DNA of 60,037 nt from a virus (taxonomy: Duplodnaviria > Caudoviricetes), in IMG/VR virus record IMGVR_UViG_3300023178_004792, positions 1 through 60,037 of that record, one strand, 5' to 3'. The translations under genes and the position numbers were made by a program. Below the pieces are notes generated by a model that worked only from the letters and a program-made list of their open reading frames with translations, ran no database searches and was not told where the DNA came from. Of the stretch, positions 18,364-29,186 are shown piece by piece (within the stretch, counting starts at the first letter, position 1; each line of letters starts with the position of its first letter).

Positions 18364-20980
18364 CTTGATTCAATATATCTAGTATAACTTTTTGATCTTC
18401 CTTAGTCAAGTCATCTAACGTAATTTCCTTGCTCTCAAGTTTAGTTATCATGTCGTTGACACGCTGTTCAATTCTTGAATGGTAGTCCTCGCCACTGGTT
18501 ATCCTCTTTCTATATCTGGTAAATTTTTCTTCGGGGATAGAGGTTTCGATCTTTATTCCGTCTGCTACTTCTGGTATCTGATCTTCTGATATGGTGTTGT
18601 TTAATATTGGCAGGTCAATCTCATTTTTTTCTGGTTCTGGAAGATCGAGCTCTTTTGTTTTTTGCCAAAGAGTCTTATCGTTTTGCTCTTCATTCTGTAC
18701 GTAGGAGTCTCTATCGGCCGGTACGAAGATTCTTTTACCATCTTTGATAATGGTTTTTGTCTTACCTTGTGGATTGTTTTCTTGCTCCCAACCTTCTAGC
18801 AGTTTGTCAAGTTCCTCATCGGTCATAGGTCTCTCTTCTGTCTGAGGAGATACCATGAATTTTTCTTTCAGACCCTCGGCTGTGGTTTTTTCTATGCCTT
18901 CCTCTCCTTCAGGTTTCAAAGCAGAGCCTTTCGTGATAATCTCAGGATTGGGCATGTCGGGGTCCATGAGTTGTGCCAAAGTCTTTCTTAGTTCTTCGGG
19001 TACATTTTCAAATGTCGTGTCCCCTCGTCCTATGTCGTCAATGATATCTTGAAAATATGCCATACGTGATTCGGTTATGGGTGGATGGTTTTCTGCCTCT
19101 TCCTTAGACAATGACACATCAGCAACAAATTGTGCTTTGTTTGATTCATCACGTTCTTTTTTCAGTTCCATATCACTGATATCTTCATACTTGCCGTGTT
19201 GGTTATGCAGTTTGTCCAGCATCTGTGTTCGCTCGTCATCCGTCATCTCCGACGGGTTTGTTGACTTTGGGGGCTGTACCGCTTTGCCCTTGGGGTCTAC
19301 TAGAACCTGCCCGATGGTGCCTGACAAACTTTTATTCTTGTCCTTTATGGCCACTTCTGGTTCTAAAACTTCAGTAAAATCAGGTTTGATCCTTTCAGGT
19401 TTCATGGCCTCTTCTATCTGTTCAGATATTGTCGGTTCGTCCTCTTCTTTGGCCTTACGTGCATACTCTTCCAATGCGGCCTGTTCTTCTTTTTCTCTCT
19501 TTTTGAATTCTTCTAGTTGTTTTGCTTTGAAATCTTTTTCCTGCTCTGCTTTTATTTGCTCCATCACCTCCGCTGGATCACTGTGTTCAGGTTCCTCGTA
19601 CTTGGTATTGAACTCTTCGTAACCTTCAACCTCTGCTGGATCGAACCCATCCTTTGGTTCCTCAGTGGCTTTCGATGAGGTGTGATGCACAGTTTCTTCG
19701 TCGTCCTCCTGCACAATCTCCAATGGTTTGGATTCTGGTTTAATGACTTTGGCATTGAAAACGTCCAATTTGGCCTTCCACTCCTGCATCTGTTTTTCCG
19801 CATTTTCTTTTGCGGCCTGTTCTTTGGCCTTGCCTATCATCTCGTTCCATTTCAAAGTTACGTCCTCTTCATCGGGCTTTTCTAGGTCCACTATCTCCTG
19901 AGGTTTGGGCGCCTGGACAGGAAAGCGTTTAACAAGACTTTGGTTGGCCGCTATCAACAACAACACCGCCAAAGGGTCAAAAACAAATATAATGATTAGT
20001 ATTATCCATCTCACTGCCTCGGAAGTATCCACCTTGTCTGTAACTCCCCAGTCAACTGCCAAAGCGGCAATGTATTTCACAGGACCGACTTCCGCTTCTA
20101 GTTTGATCATTTTAGCCTCTAATGGCTCTCGTTCTATAATCAAATTATCAATGTTGTTTTGTGCTTTTAATATGTTTGCCTCGGCCACTTCAATTTTGGC
20201 CTCAACATCCGACTTGTCATCCACATCATTGCTTCTCAGATTATCAATTCTCTTTTGTATTACCGCGGTGTCCATCGCGTAATCTTCTTTGAGCTGATTG
20301 ATCCTGTCCTGCGCCTGACTTATTCCTTTGTTGATTTGCTCACGTTCTTCCCTCTGTGATGCCTTTAGGTCCGCCGCCGCCTTCTCCTCATTGAAGAATG
20401 ATTTGTTAGACGTCAACACGTCACTAACGTCCTTGTCAAGCACTGTCAATCTGTCGCTTAGATTTTTGATAGTGTTGGTCTCGACTGCAAGTAGTGTTTT
20501 GAATTTGTCCTCTACCGATTTGATGTTGTCTTTTTCTATGTCTATGGCTCCTGAGTTGTTGTCAACTACCACAGATAAATTCTTTTCTGCCCTCTCAATT
20601 ATTAGGCCTTGCCTTTTGATGTATGTCTCTTCGCTTTCGATTTTGTCATTGATTATTTCTATCCTCTGGGAAACTGTGTCCTCCGCTAGGTTTTGTTCCA
20701 GATGTGCCTTTGATAGGAACCCAAAAATACCCATAGACGTTATCAATGAAAGTATTAAGACCGCTATTGTAAGATAAGTTTTCAATAGCCAAGGTGTGAA
20801 CTTCCAGTTCCGATAAACCCACGATGCGGTTATAAGTTTACCGACCTCCAGCACTGATCCCATTATGACCACAGGCCAGAACGCACCTGGGAATATGGTT
20901 GCTAGTCCTATCACGGAGTAGAATATGGCCACTCCAGAAATGGACAATGCAGACAGCAGTGTTAGAATTGGCATCAACAT
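18356..20980 (-). CDS. Membrane protein with coiled coil and long acidic low-complexity tail
   Basis: Three N-terminal TM segments, coiled coil, EAEVGPVKYIA, a further TM (IFVFDPLAVLLLIAAN), E/K/P-rich tail. Confidence 0.8.
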   Translation of the reverse strand: MLMPILTLLSALSISGVAIFYSVIGLATIFPGAFWPVVIMGSVLEVGKLITASWVYRNWKFTPWLLKTYLTIAVLILSLITSMGIFGFLSKAHLEQNLAEDTVSQRIEIINDKIESEETYIKRQGLIIERAEKNLSVVVDNNSGAIDIEKDNIKSVEDKFKTLLAVETNTIKNLSDRLTVLDKDVSDVLTSNKSFFNEEKAAADLKASQREEREQINKGISQAQDRINQLKEDYAMDTAVIQKRIDNLRSNDVDDKSDVEAKIEVAEANILKAQNNIDNLIIEREPLEAKMIKLEAEVGPVKYIAALAVDWGVTDKVDTSEAVRWIILIIIFVFDPLAVLLLIAANQSLVKRFPVQAPKPQEIVDLEKPDEEDVTLKWNEMIGKAKEQAAKENAEKQMQEWKAKLDVFNAKVIKPESKPLEIVQEDDEETVHHTSSKATEEPKDGFDPAEVEGYEEFNTKYEEPEHSDPAEVMEQIKAEQEKDFKAKQLEEFKKREKEEQAALEEYARKAKEEDEPTISEQIEEAMKPERIKPDFTEVLEPEVAIKDKNKSLSGTIGQVLVDPKGKAVQPPKSTNPSEMTDDERTQMLDKLHNQHGKYEDISDMELKKERDESNKAQFVADVSLSKEEAENHPPITESRMAYFQDIIDDIGRGDTTFENVPEELRKTLAQLMDPDMPNPEIITKGSALKPEGEEGIEKTTAEGLKEKFMVSPQTEERPMTDEELDKLLEGWEQENNPQGKTKTIIKDGKRIFVPADRDSYVQNEEQNDKTLWQKTKELDLPEPEKNEIDLPILNNTISEDQIPEVADGIKIETSIPEEKFTRYRKRITSGEDYHSRIEQRVNDMITKLESKEITLDDLTKEDQKVILDILNQDD

Positions 20981-21039
20981 AATTGAAAGTATTTACTATA
21001 ACAGAAAATGCTGATTTGTGCTAGTGAAATGTTTGGTAA

Positions 21040-21678
21040 TTAGGCCGCGCTGTCGGTTGGCTTCTCAGCGTCACCCACTGCGTCCGCTTCACCTATCCTT
21101 GACACCGTGATAGAATCAAAAATTTCTGTGTCCGTGCCTGGTGCAGTAATGCTTAACTCCTCTACCACAGGTCCTCTGTCCACAGTGCCTTCTACATGGG
21201 TTGGATCGTAGTACAGAACGTTCTGTGTGTATGAACCTTTGATTGCCTGTGCTATAAGGTCTTTGAGAACCGCTTCTCTAGTTGAAAGTGAAGTTGAACC
21301 GTCAACTGAGGTGCCCGAAGTTGGTACCGCAGTATCGTTTTCGAAAAGAATATTAAAAGTCACTGATGTTGGCACATTATCTTGGTCAGCACTAGAATCA
21401 GTTGCTATTTTTAAAAGTCTATAGTTTGAATATGTTCCAAGTATTTGTAGAACCTTGAGATATCTTACTCCACCTCTTGCAAGGTTTAAACCGTCGTTTT
21501 TGTTGGTCGGAACCGTTGCGAAATCTCTGTAAGAATATGGATTTACAGCACCTGCCGCCGCATTACCATCTGTTGAAGTGTAGCCCGAACAATCAATGCT
21601 TATTGCATATAAATGATGATTTTCACCTGTGTCGGAGCCAATTCCGCGTGTCTTAAATGGATATTCACTTGAAGCCAT
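21040..21678 (-). CDS. Probable virion structural protein
   Basis: S/T/A/G-rich 212 aa with AAGGA SD. Confidence 0.55.
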   Translation of the reverse strand: MASSEYPFKTRGIGSDTGENHHLYAISIDCSGYTSTDGNAAAGAVNPYSYRDFATVPTNKNDGLNLARGGVRYLKVLQILGTYSNYRLLKIATDSSADQDNVPTSVTFNILFENDTAVPTSGTSVDGSTSLSTREAVLKDLIAQAIKGSYTQNVLYYDPTHVEGTVDRGPVVEELSITAPGTDTEIFDSITVSRIGEADAVGDAEKPTDSAA

Positions 21679-21717
21679 ATTTTTAAATTCCTTTGTTAAT
21701 GTACTTATTTATAACGA

Positions 21718-22167
21718 TTATTTATAAAATGACCAACTTGCTGAACCAATAGTTCTGCAGGCATTGTTGGTTGTGTGCCGTTCAGTGCCGTTAAGTTTGA
21801 TGTAAGCCTGGTATGTACGGCAATATCCACCTGAAATAGGGTATGAATGAATTACACGCACTTTTCCGCTGGCCAGCCTCTCTTTGCTATACCAACTGAC
21901 AATTTTGCCATTTGGAGCATTATCGAGCATGATGAATACAGCCGATTCGTGCATCTTCTTCTCTTCTTGGTTGAGTCGGAATCTCAGGTATTGTGTTTGC
22001 CGCCAAAGAAAAGCAGGTGCACTGTACTTGAGATCATCACCTAGCAACTTTGGTTTCGGCATTTCGCCTATATATCCGTGCGTCTCTGTCAGACTGCCAG
22101 TTGTCGCTGAGCAATTTGCCAACAACAAAAAACTAATCGATGCTATGATAGCCTTGAACAATTTCAT
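21718..22167 (-). CDS. RT0821/17-kDa surface-antigen-like lipoprotein
   Basis: Lipobox LANC; W...G.V......CRTYQ...ACR...W. Confidence 0.75.
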   Translation of the reverse strand: MKLFKAIIASISFLLLANCSATTGSLTETHGYIGEMPKPKLLGDDLKYSAPAFLWRQTQYLRFRLNQEEKKMHESAVFIMLDNAPNGKIVSWYSKERLASGKVRVIHSYPISGGYCRTYQAYIKLNGTERHTTNNACRTIGSASWSFYK

Positions 22168-22489
22168 ATTCTCCGTTCATTTTATGACACGCAATTTGTC
22201 TCTGCGTCACTAGAACATCTCCTAATGGCATGTCCCAAGTGTAAATGTTGCAACTATCTGCTATACCCATTCCGTGCAGGAAATCTTTTGCACCGTCATT
22301 GCAAACAACCTTCTCCTCGGTCCTGTTTTCGATTAAATTGCCCTGCTGGTCGACCACTTTAATCTTAGTGACCTCCACATCGCAGTACTGATCATTCCAT
22401 GGGCCACCTGCGTGTGACTGGCCTATGCTGAAGATAATCATGCCCAGCGTCAGCATCACTAGTGCTATAAGATAATAGATAGTCTTCAT
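22133..22489 (-). CDS. Secreted hypothetical protein
   Basis: Signal peptide (QSHA), four Cys. Confidence 0.65.
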   Translation of the reverse strand: MKTIYYLIALVMLTLGMIIFSIGQSHAGGPWNDQYCDVEVTKIKVVDQQGNLIENRTEEKVVCNDGAKDFLHGMGIADSCNIYTWDMPLGDVLVTQRQIACHKMNGEYEIVQGYHSID

Positions 22490-22493
22490 AGCA

Positions 22494-22970
22494 CTAGATG
22501 TTTTCTGCTAGATCTTTTTTGCTGATCTCGATCATGATGTAGGCTCTGTAGCTCTTGTTCTTGGTCATGAATATCTCACTCTTCGTAACCTTGTAGCCTT
22601 TCGCAACAGTGTCCTCTATCACGTTGTTGATCGTGTCAGTTGAATTGCCAGAAACTGCAAGTTCCTCGTTAGTGCCAGTCTCAACTTTGTTGATCACGGT
22701 GTCGTTGTTCATCTCACCATTTACCCTGTCAACAAGTTTCGCCTTGGCCAGTAGAACTGCTTTCTTAACCGCAAGTTCCATGTCCGGAGATACCGCAGTG
22801 CCAGACTCTTGATATTTGAACAGTGTCTCCCTGTCGTATTTGACGTACCATTTAGGTGTTTTGTCAACGACACCACTCTTGTTCATATCAGGTTTTATCT
22901 TGTATGTTGAGCATTGGGCCAACATCAGGCCTGCCAACAACACCAAGATTGTTCTTGTTATGTTTGTCAT
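22494..22970 (-). CDS. LPP20-like lipoprotein
   Basis: Lipobox LAQC; TPKWY...GTAVSPDMELAVKKAVLLAKAKL. Confidence 0.75.
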   Translation of the reverse strand: MTNITRTILVLLAGLMLAQCSTYKIKPDMNKSGVVDKTPKWYVKYDRETLFKYQESGTAVSPDMELAVKKAVLLAKAKLVDRVNGEMNNDTVINKVETGTNEELAVSGNSTDTINNVIEDTVAKGYKVTKSEIFMTKNKSYRAYIMIEISKKDLAENI

Positions 22971-23195
22971 TGTTTCCTTATCTTTTAAACTTCTCTACAA
23001 CGTCCGTCACGAACTCAGTCACAGCCGCGACATTAAAATCGTTGCTGAACTGTGCCCATCCATCACCAATCATGGGATAGACTGCTAGGAATATTGCGAA
23101 AAGTATTATTAGTCTAATCATACAACAATTATAGCATAATTTCCAAATGCGTCAACCAGAGTTGATCTTGTTAAAAGTGTTGATTTTATTGACTT

Positions 23196-23486
23196 TTATA
23201 GCATGGTCTTGATGAATCCTATGCCATCTATGCCCAAATATACCAAATACATGGCTGTGAATCCAAAACTCTTACGGCTATAGGCACCATACATCAAGAA
23301 GCATGTGGCTATCAGGAAGAATATGTATGCAATGAACATGGGCGGATTTGGTGAATACCACATAAGGATTAAAGATGCTACAAGATTAGAGATCATGCCA
23401 ATTACCTCACAACAGAATCTCACAGGATTTGACCTGTAATCTTCCATGATCCATTGCAGTGTTGATTTTCTTCCAATTCTGGCCAT
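23196..23486 (-). CDS. Small three-TM membrane protein
   Basis: Three hydrophobic segments. Confidence 0.7.
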   Translation of the reverse strand: MARIGRKSTLQWIMEDYRSNPVRFCCEVIGMISNLVASLILMWYSPNPPMFIAYIFFLIATCFLMYGAYSRKSFGFTAMYLVYLGIDGIGFIKTML

Positions 23487-23490
23487 GATA

Positions 23491-25053
23491 CTAATGGAAA
23501 TCTAAAACATCTTCTAGATCACTGATGTCATCAATACTGATTTTGTTTGAATTTAAATTTTTCATAATGTTATATAGTATGGTCAACTCTTCACGGCTCC
23601 TTGTTTGTGGCCAACCTAGGTCAACCGAAAGTTCATGTAGTTCTAATCTGCGCCTGATCCTTTCTCTCAGTGTCAGTTGTGGGTTCTGTGCATTCACCCA
23701 ACCCAGTCCTAATGCTATGTCTCTCAGTCCCTGTGGCAAATTTTTGAACTTTTTTTCAAAGTCTGGGTCAACCACCATCTCCACATCACCCGGCTTTTCG
23801 ACTTTCTTTGCATCTCGGAACATTCCTGTGTATCCCCATCGCACCATGTGTATTGAACCCGACCTTGCATACTTCCGGAACCTGTGTAGGAATTCTTTGT
23901 TATACTCGTGATCATCTTCTGTCTCTATTGGATAACCAACGAACATCAATGCAACATTTTTGATACCATAATATGCACTCTGTTCAAAATGAAATGCTAT
24001 ATCTTCGTTTGAATAATTTTTTCCCATGTGTTTTCTAACCCTTTCGCTGTAACTTTCAAATCCTGTAACCAGTAGGTTAGCACCGGCCTCATGCATAAGT
24101 TTCCAATCGGTGTCGGGTTGTTCATTCTGTGTCCTGCATATAAACTGTCCCATATACTTCAATGGCCTAAACTTTTCATCTTTTCTCAGTTCTCCAAGTC
24201 GTTGATTTAGTTCGCGAAAGTGTTTCATACTGCCATTGACAAGACTGTCTGTAAAGTGTGTGAGGTTAACCTGATATTCTATCTTGTTCTTCTTGATTTC
24301 ATCTACAAGTTTCTCTGCACTTCTTATACTGAACTTTGGCCAAAGATCAGGAACATTACAGAAAGTGCATCTTCTGACACAGCCTTTTGACATTGTCATG
24401 TACACTCCAGGCTCGTCGGTGTAATAGTATTTCATTGGTTCGATTGAGGCATATGACGGCAATGGCACCGCATCGAGATCCTTGACCATTACTGGCGGAA
24501 GTCCATCTATGCCAGGATAACGATTGCCCTGCAGAAGTTCTTTGATCGTGTCTTCTCCGTCTCCCACAATGTAGTGATCTATAAATTTTTCTTCTTTGAG
24601 GTAGTCTGCTATTGTTTTGTATTTTGTATTCTCATCAACGTTAGGCAAACTGCCCGGCCATGCTCCTATACCATGCCCACCTATCATCACGGTGGCGTTT
24701 ATCCTAGGTCTAAGGTATTTCAACAATTCAAAGCAAGACACTGTGCTGAATCTCGAAAACACACTGATACCTATCCAGTCTGGATCATACTCTTTGACTT
24801 CAATCAGAAACTCTGCTAGAGTGCTTTGTAACTGTTGTCGTGTCTGTTCCGTGATTGTGTCTATCTTGCATCTCCAATATTCTTCTAGTTCACTCCACGC
24901 CGCACTGTCCACTTTGCTATTTAGATAAAGATTGAAATCAAAAATTTTACAGTCCCAACCGATCGATCTAATTATACTGCTTAACAATGCCGCGGCCGCA
25001 GGTGGCCTTTCTAGTTCCTGACTTGGTATGTTGATGAATGCAAACTTTTTCAT
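23491..25053 (-). CDS. B12-binding radical SAM protein
   Basis: N-terminal cobalamin-binding-like region (IGISVF, MIGGHG); SKGCVRRCTFC; TGFES; VGYPIET. Confidence 0.88.
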   Translation of the reverse strand: MKKFAFINIPSQELERPPAAAALLSSIIRSIGWDCKIFDFNLYLNSKVDSAAWSELEEYWRCKIDTITEQTRQQLQSTLAEFLIEVKEYDPDWIGISVFSRFSTVSCFELLKYLRPRINATVMIGGHGIGAWPGSLPNVDENTKYKTIADYLKEEKFIDHYIVGDGEDTIKELLQGNRYPGIDGLPPVMVKDLDAVPLPSYASIEPMKYYYTDEPGVYMTMSKGCVRRCTFCNVPDLWPKFSIRSAEKLVDEIKKNKIEYQVNLTHFTDSLVNGSMKHFRELNQRLGELRKDEKFRPLKYMGQFICRTQNEQPDTDWKLMHEAGANLLVTGFESYSERVRKHMGKNYSNEDIAFHFEQSAYYGIKNVALMFVGYPIETEDDHEYNKEFLHRFRKYARSGSIHMVRWGYTGMFRDAKKVEKPGDVEMVVDPDFEKKFKNLPQGLRDIALGLGWVNAQNPQLTLRERIRRRLELHELSVDLGWPQTRSREELTILYNIMKNLNSNKISIDDISDLEDVLDFH

Positions 25054-25631
25054 ATAAGTTCCTTTATTTTTGTAACCACGTCCTCACATGTATCGAGACT
25101 GCCTCTGAATTTATGGATCCTGTCAGGATCCCTGTCCAAGAATTTTATTACCTCTTTGTCTTGTTTGATGCGAAAGTACCAATCCCAAAAATCATTTTCA
25201 AACTCCATGAATGTGAAAGTGCCTGGAAAATGCCATATTAATTGGCTTTTTATCTCAGAATCCAGTGGTTGGTTCTTCCTGGCATCTTTGTGTTGTTGCA
25301 CGAACCCTTTGAAATATCTTGGTGCGTAGATTCCTTCTGTCATAAACCAGTTTTCGATCTGTATGCCATCCACACGTATGTTCAACAACTCAAAGGTTTG
25401 ATCCTGAGTGATCTTGCCATTTTGCACAACGGTGTGTTTCTCCGTCTTGTTGATCCAGTCCAGTTTCAGCACATTTTTATCTTGTGGTTTCACACTCCAC
25501 GTAAATTTGTCTTTGTCACATTCGATGTTTTCAATCAGCGTGTCGTTGTGCAATAGATTCAACTTTGGCCAATCTAAACTGCAAGTCGCTTTGTAGGTGA
25601 ATTCAAATTCTATCATAGGTATGGCTTCCAT
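25050..25631 (-). CDS. Hypothetical protein between two radical SAM genes
   Basis: Overlaps both neighbours. Confidence 0.7.
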   Translation of the reverse strand: MEAIPMIEFEFTYKATCSLDWPKLNLLHNDTLIENIECDKDKFTWSVKPQDKNVLKLDWINKTEKHTVVQNGKITQDQTFELLNIRVDGIQIENWFMTEGIYAPRYFKGFVQQHKDARKNQPLDSEIKSQLIWHFPGTFTFMEFENDFWDWYFRIKQDKEVIKFLDRDPDRIHKFRGSLDTCEDVVTKIKELI

Positions 25632-26731
25632 TCCGGCATAAAACTTTTTATGTCCGTATTCCAGTATTTGTCAAGCTCTTTTAGGAATACCTTGTAATCG
25701 TCAACCGCGTCCTCTGTCACAAACTTCTGGTAGCCTTGTGGCACTTGCAGTTTCAATTCACCAGGTAGGTTCCGTGGATGCAGTTGCTTAGGATCATAAA
25801 CTATGTGCTTCTGTGGATTATGGATCTTTCTCTCTGCACACCAATTGTCCAACTTATCTAAGTGCAACACATTCAGTAACGATATGGTCGACTGCACTAG
25901 CACATTGATACCATAGTCTCTGAATTTCTGGATGTTTGATTCCACAAGAGAAAAGTCACACCCTGGCCTGATGTATTCGTGCACCTTGCCTATGCCGTCC
26001 AGACTTATGATTAACACAACTTCCTTGAAACTTTTCAGCAGTTCAACTAATTTGTTGTTGTAGAACATTCCGTTTGACGTGATATACATGGTCATTTTTT
26101 GAGAATAATTGTTGTCCATCAACCATTTCAACAGGTCCAATAATTTTTTATTATAGAAGGGCTCGCCGCCTACCACGTCAATATATCTAATTGTGTTGGC
26201 GTGTTGCTTCAGCATCGCTTCGGCGTCTTGGTCATACTTGTAAGGCGAAAGTGTGTCCCAACCTATACTCCTGTACACAGCATTCACTCTGGAACTGACG
26301 TTTGTCACACACATCCTGCAGGCGAGATTACACAGTGCTCCAACTTTAATCTTTATTTCAATTGGTGTGAGTTTTTCATCCGGCAGTTCTAAAAGTTCTT
26401 TGTGTTGTTCTAATCGCGAGTTGTTCGCGTTCTGCCTTATGGATGTCTTGCCCTTGCTCTCCATTTCGAAGCATTTCCAACACCCTTTGGGTTGCTTGTT
26501 ATTTCGGAAATCTTCACGTAGATCTTTGAGTTCCTTGCTATCCCAGTAACTCTTGAAATCAAAAATTGGTTCCTGCTGTTGTTGGTACATGCAACAAGGT
26601 CCGGCGGGCAGACCTTCGTCGTATGGATTGCGGTCCATACTGATGAATGGCAATATACAAATATTTTTCCTATTAGTCATAACTTCTTGTAATGGCTTGT
26701 GGTGATACCACTTACGGCCTGGCCCACGCAT
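25613..26731 (-). CDS. N-terminal twitch-domain radical SAM protein
   Basis: CILPF..PCC..CWKC, then CNLACRMC, GGEPF, TSNG, SLDG; start may be near 26680. Confidence 0.88.
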   Translation of the reverse strand: MRGPGRKWYHHKPLQEVMTNRKNICILPFISMDRNPYDEGLPAGPCCMYQQQQEPIFDFKSYWDSKELKDLREDFRNNKQPKGCWKCFEMESKGKTSIRQNANNSRLEQHKELLELPDEKLTPIEIKIKVGALCNLACRMCVTNVSSRVNAVYRSIGWDTLSPYKYDQDAEAMLKQHANTIRYIDVVGGEPFYNKKLLDLLKWLMDNNYSQKMTMYITSNGMFYNNKLVELLKSFKEVVLIISLDGIGKVHEYIRPGCDFSLVESNIQKFRDYGINVLVQSTISLLNVLHLDKLDNWCAERKIHNPQKHIVYDPKQLHPRNLPGELKLQVPQGYQKFVTEDAVDDYKVFLKELDKYWNTDIKSFMPEWKPYL

Positions 26732-26820
26732 TTAAGACATAGAGGTCAGTGTATATGCCGACGTCACTGTATTGTGGCGTTGCGGCAATATTTATTTCTT
26801 GTGTAAATGGTTCAAAAAAA

Positions 26821-27180
26821 TCAATTTCGTCTCATCTTAGAGATTTCTTTGGCACCTTCTTCATCCCACACAGGAACCAAGTTTGATTTATGCATAAGTC
26901 CAATACCGATCAGTTTACGTTCACCGGAGTAGGCCTGAGGTTGTACCTTCTTGCCGCCAGCAACTGGCACTTTGTCCGAACACTGGGGATAGTTTGGGTC
27001 TGTTTTATACTCTGGAATATCATAGCCCTTGAAGTTCTTGGTCTTCTGCTTGAGAGTGTAAGTGTCGAGGCCCTGCGACTGCAACCATTCCTCGTGGTTG
27101 GCCTGTGCGTCACGATTCCGTTTAGAATTCTCTGCCTTCTTCTTCATTCTCTTTGCTAATCTCAGTTGTATGAAACCCAT
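26821..27180 (-). CDS. Hypothetical phage protein (HKSNLVPV motif)
   Basis: 119-aa ORF with TAATTA 4 nt upstream. Confidence 0.65.
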   Translation of the reverse strand: MGFIQLRLAKRMKKKAENSKRNRDAQANHEEWLQSQGLDTYTLKQKTKNFKGYDIPEYKTDPNYPQCSDKVPVAGGKKVQPQAYSGERKLIGIGLMHKSNLVPVWDEEGAKEISKMRRN

Positions 27181-27194
27181 GTTTAATTATAACA

Positions 27195-27944
27195 TTATGG
27201 TAATTTGTTGTCAACTATCGCCTGCAATATGATTGCCGCGTATTCTGGATTGGTGCTCCAGGCACTCATCCTTACCATCAATGCTCTGTAGTCCCATTTA
27301 CCTGTGTCTATTTGTTTTTCTCTTTCAATTCTGAATTCCTTATATGCTGGGTGCCTGTTCAGTATTTCGATCATGTCCTTGACAGAATTACATTTGGTAA
27401 CATATTTCTTGACTCCCCATGGTGCGTCCATGTTGCCTTTTGCCTTCATGTGTGGCACGTTTTTGAGGTCCCACGTCCTAACACCAAATAGTGCGTTACC
27501 TTCCATTGCGAACCTGCTGGTCCCCCAACCACTCTCAACACCGGCCATGGCAATTATAATACTTGTTGGAACCCTGCTTAATCTATCAGTGGTGTAGTTG
27601 AGATATTGAACACACCTCCTAGTAGACTCCAGGAACTCTGCTTTGTTGGTATATTCAAATTCGGGTTGTTCCAATCCAAGCAGATGCACTTCACTCAGTT
27701 CCTTTTTATGAAATTGGCCTTCAAGTTTCTCCACGGTCCATGGATTAGGATAAAAGGTTCCACCTATAAAAGAACCACCAAAACCGATCATTGCCAAAAG
27801 TAGAGTGCCAAAAATCCATTTTGTTATATTTGGTGTTGTGTCTGTTTTGTTCAGGGAGGTGGACCGAGATTTTACTGCATTGGCCTTTTTGGCGCTGTTG
27901 GTACTCGAGTCCACTTGCTTTAGTCCCCCTAAATTAAACCGCAA
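27195..27944 (-). CDS. Membrane-anchored glucosaminidase (Bax/GH73-like)
   Basis: TM segment; AMAGVESGWGTSRFAMEGNALFG; WSTNPEY. Confidence 0.85.
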   Translation of the reverse strand: MRFNLGGLKQVDSSTNSAKKANAVKSRSTSLNKTDTTPNITKWIFGTLLLAMIGFGGSFIGGTFYPNPWTVEKLEGQFHKKELSEVHLLGLEQPEFEYTNKAEFLESTRRCVQYLNYTTDRLSRVPTSIIIAMAGVESGWGTSRFAMEGNALFGVRTWDLKNVPHMKAKGNMDAPWGVKKYVTKCNSVKDMIEILNRHPAYKEFRIEREKQIDTGKWDYRALMVRMSAWSTNPEYAAIILQAIVDNKLP

Positions 27945-28290
27945 CTTTTTGCTCGGTTGCTGATGTTTCTGTGGTATCAGTAGAATACTTTTTGTTGTAT
28001 TCCGCTTCTGCGTTTCTCATCGCATTATTCCAATCTGCTTTAGACAGACCTGTAAACCTTGTGATGATCCCGTCAGACAAGATCTTGAAAGATCCACATA
28101 ATTTGTGTGATCCGTCTTCAGAAATCTTGTGTACAACACCTGTGGCTTTACCGTCTGCGTTCTCTCTGCCCATGATGTACATGTAATTTCCAGATCTACC
28201 TCTCCACTTGTTATTTGTCTGCGTGTCTTCTTGGCATCTAGACCTTACTTGGTCCATAACCAATTGTGCTTTTGCTGAACATTTATACAT
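27934..28290 (-). CDS. Hypothetical protein
   Basis: GAGGAG SD; upstream TTGACT/TATAAT. Confidence 0.7.
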   Translation of the reverse strand: MYKCSAKAQLVMDQVRSRCQEDTQTNNKWRGRSGNYMYIMGRENADGKATGVVHKISEDGSHKLCGSFKILSDGIITRFTGLSKADWNNAMRNAEAEYNKKYSTDTTETSATEQKVAV

Positions 28291-28508
28291 ATTTTCTCCT
28301 CTTTGTTACCATTATTATAACAGGTAATGGTAAACAGTCAACCTGGTAAAATCTTCCATTTATTGGAGTTTATTATACTGTTTACACAGATATAGGTAGA
28401 CTTTTTGCCAATATTTCTTGATTCCAGGGTCATTTGCAGTCATCATCATCTGGTACGCATTGTTGATCAAACGATTTTTACTTGGTTCAAACTGCTTTGC
28501 TAATGGTG

Positions 28509-29030
28509 TCATTTGAGGTTTGCCAATATCTCGGCTTCTTTTCTTTTTAATTTTTCTACTTTTTCTCTTTGCTCTTCTTCAAGTTCTTCTTTGGTTTTCA
28601 CTTTCTCTGGTTCCAGTTCTGTGGGAGCCTCTATTGGCAATCCTCCGTTGTCGAACCATCTGCCATCCGCCGTCACGTTGCATCTGCTGTAGAAGTTTTT
28701 GCTTTCTCGTGTAATGGGATCAACGTTGGTAATCAATCTTCTCTTCTTGTAGAGTTTGCCTTTGTACACAGTGCCGTTTGCCTGTAATAATTCACCTTCA
28801 TTCCATAGGTTGCCGTAGATCCTGTCTACCATTATGTACTCATCCCCGTCTTCGTCTTTCATCCTTTTTGCCTTTTCGTACTTCTTAGGGAGTTTGTGTA
28901 TTGATTCTGGTGTGGATGTGTAGAACCTGTTGGTGTAGGATCTTACTTTTGGTTCTGACTTCGTTGCGCCAACACCACTGCTGTCTGTGATCTTGTTGAG
29001 GTTTGCTAGTAATTCTTTTGTTTTACTCAT
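28509..29030 (-). CDS. Hypothetical protein downstream of structured leader
   Basis: 173-aa ORF. Confidence 0.7.
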   Translation of the reverse strand: MSKTKELLANLNKITDSSGVGATKSEPKVRSYTNRFYTSTPESIHKLPKKYEKAKRMKDEDGDEYIMVDRIYGNLWNEGELLQANGTVYKGKLYKKRRLITNVDPITRESKNFYSRCNVTADGRWFDNGGLPIEAPTELEPEKVKTKEELEEEQREKVEKLKRKEAEILANLK

Positions 29031-29037
29031 ATGACTT

Positions 29038-29161
29038 GCACGGAGGTGCCCAACGTAATCGCCTTCGAGCTGTCACCACCCTTTGGCACTATTTTACCTT
29101 GCATAAGACATAGAGTGTCTCTGAAGTTTGCGTTTACAAGTGACGACGTTGGCCCCTGTGC
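29038..29161 (-). ncRNA. Candidate structured ncRNA / cis-regulatory leader
   Basis: Terminal stem GCAC/GUGC, GGGG/CCUC, CCAACGU/ACGUUGG enclosing further stems; follows a TTGACT-N16-TATAAT promoter. Confidence 0.5.
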
Positions 29162-29186
29162 TTTCCTATATTATACACTATTTTGG

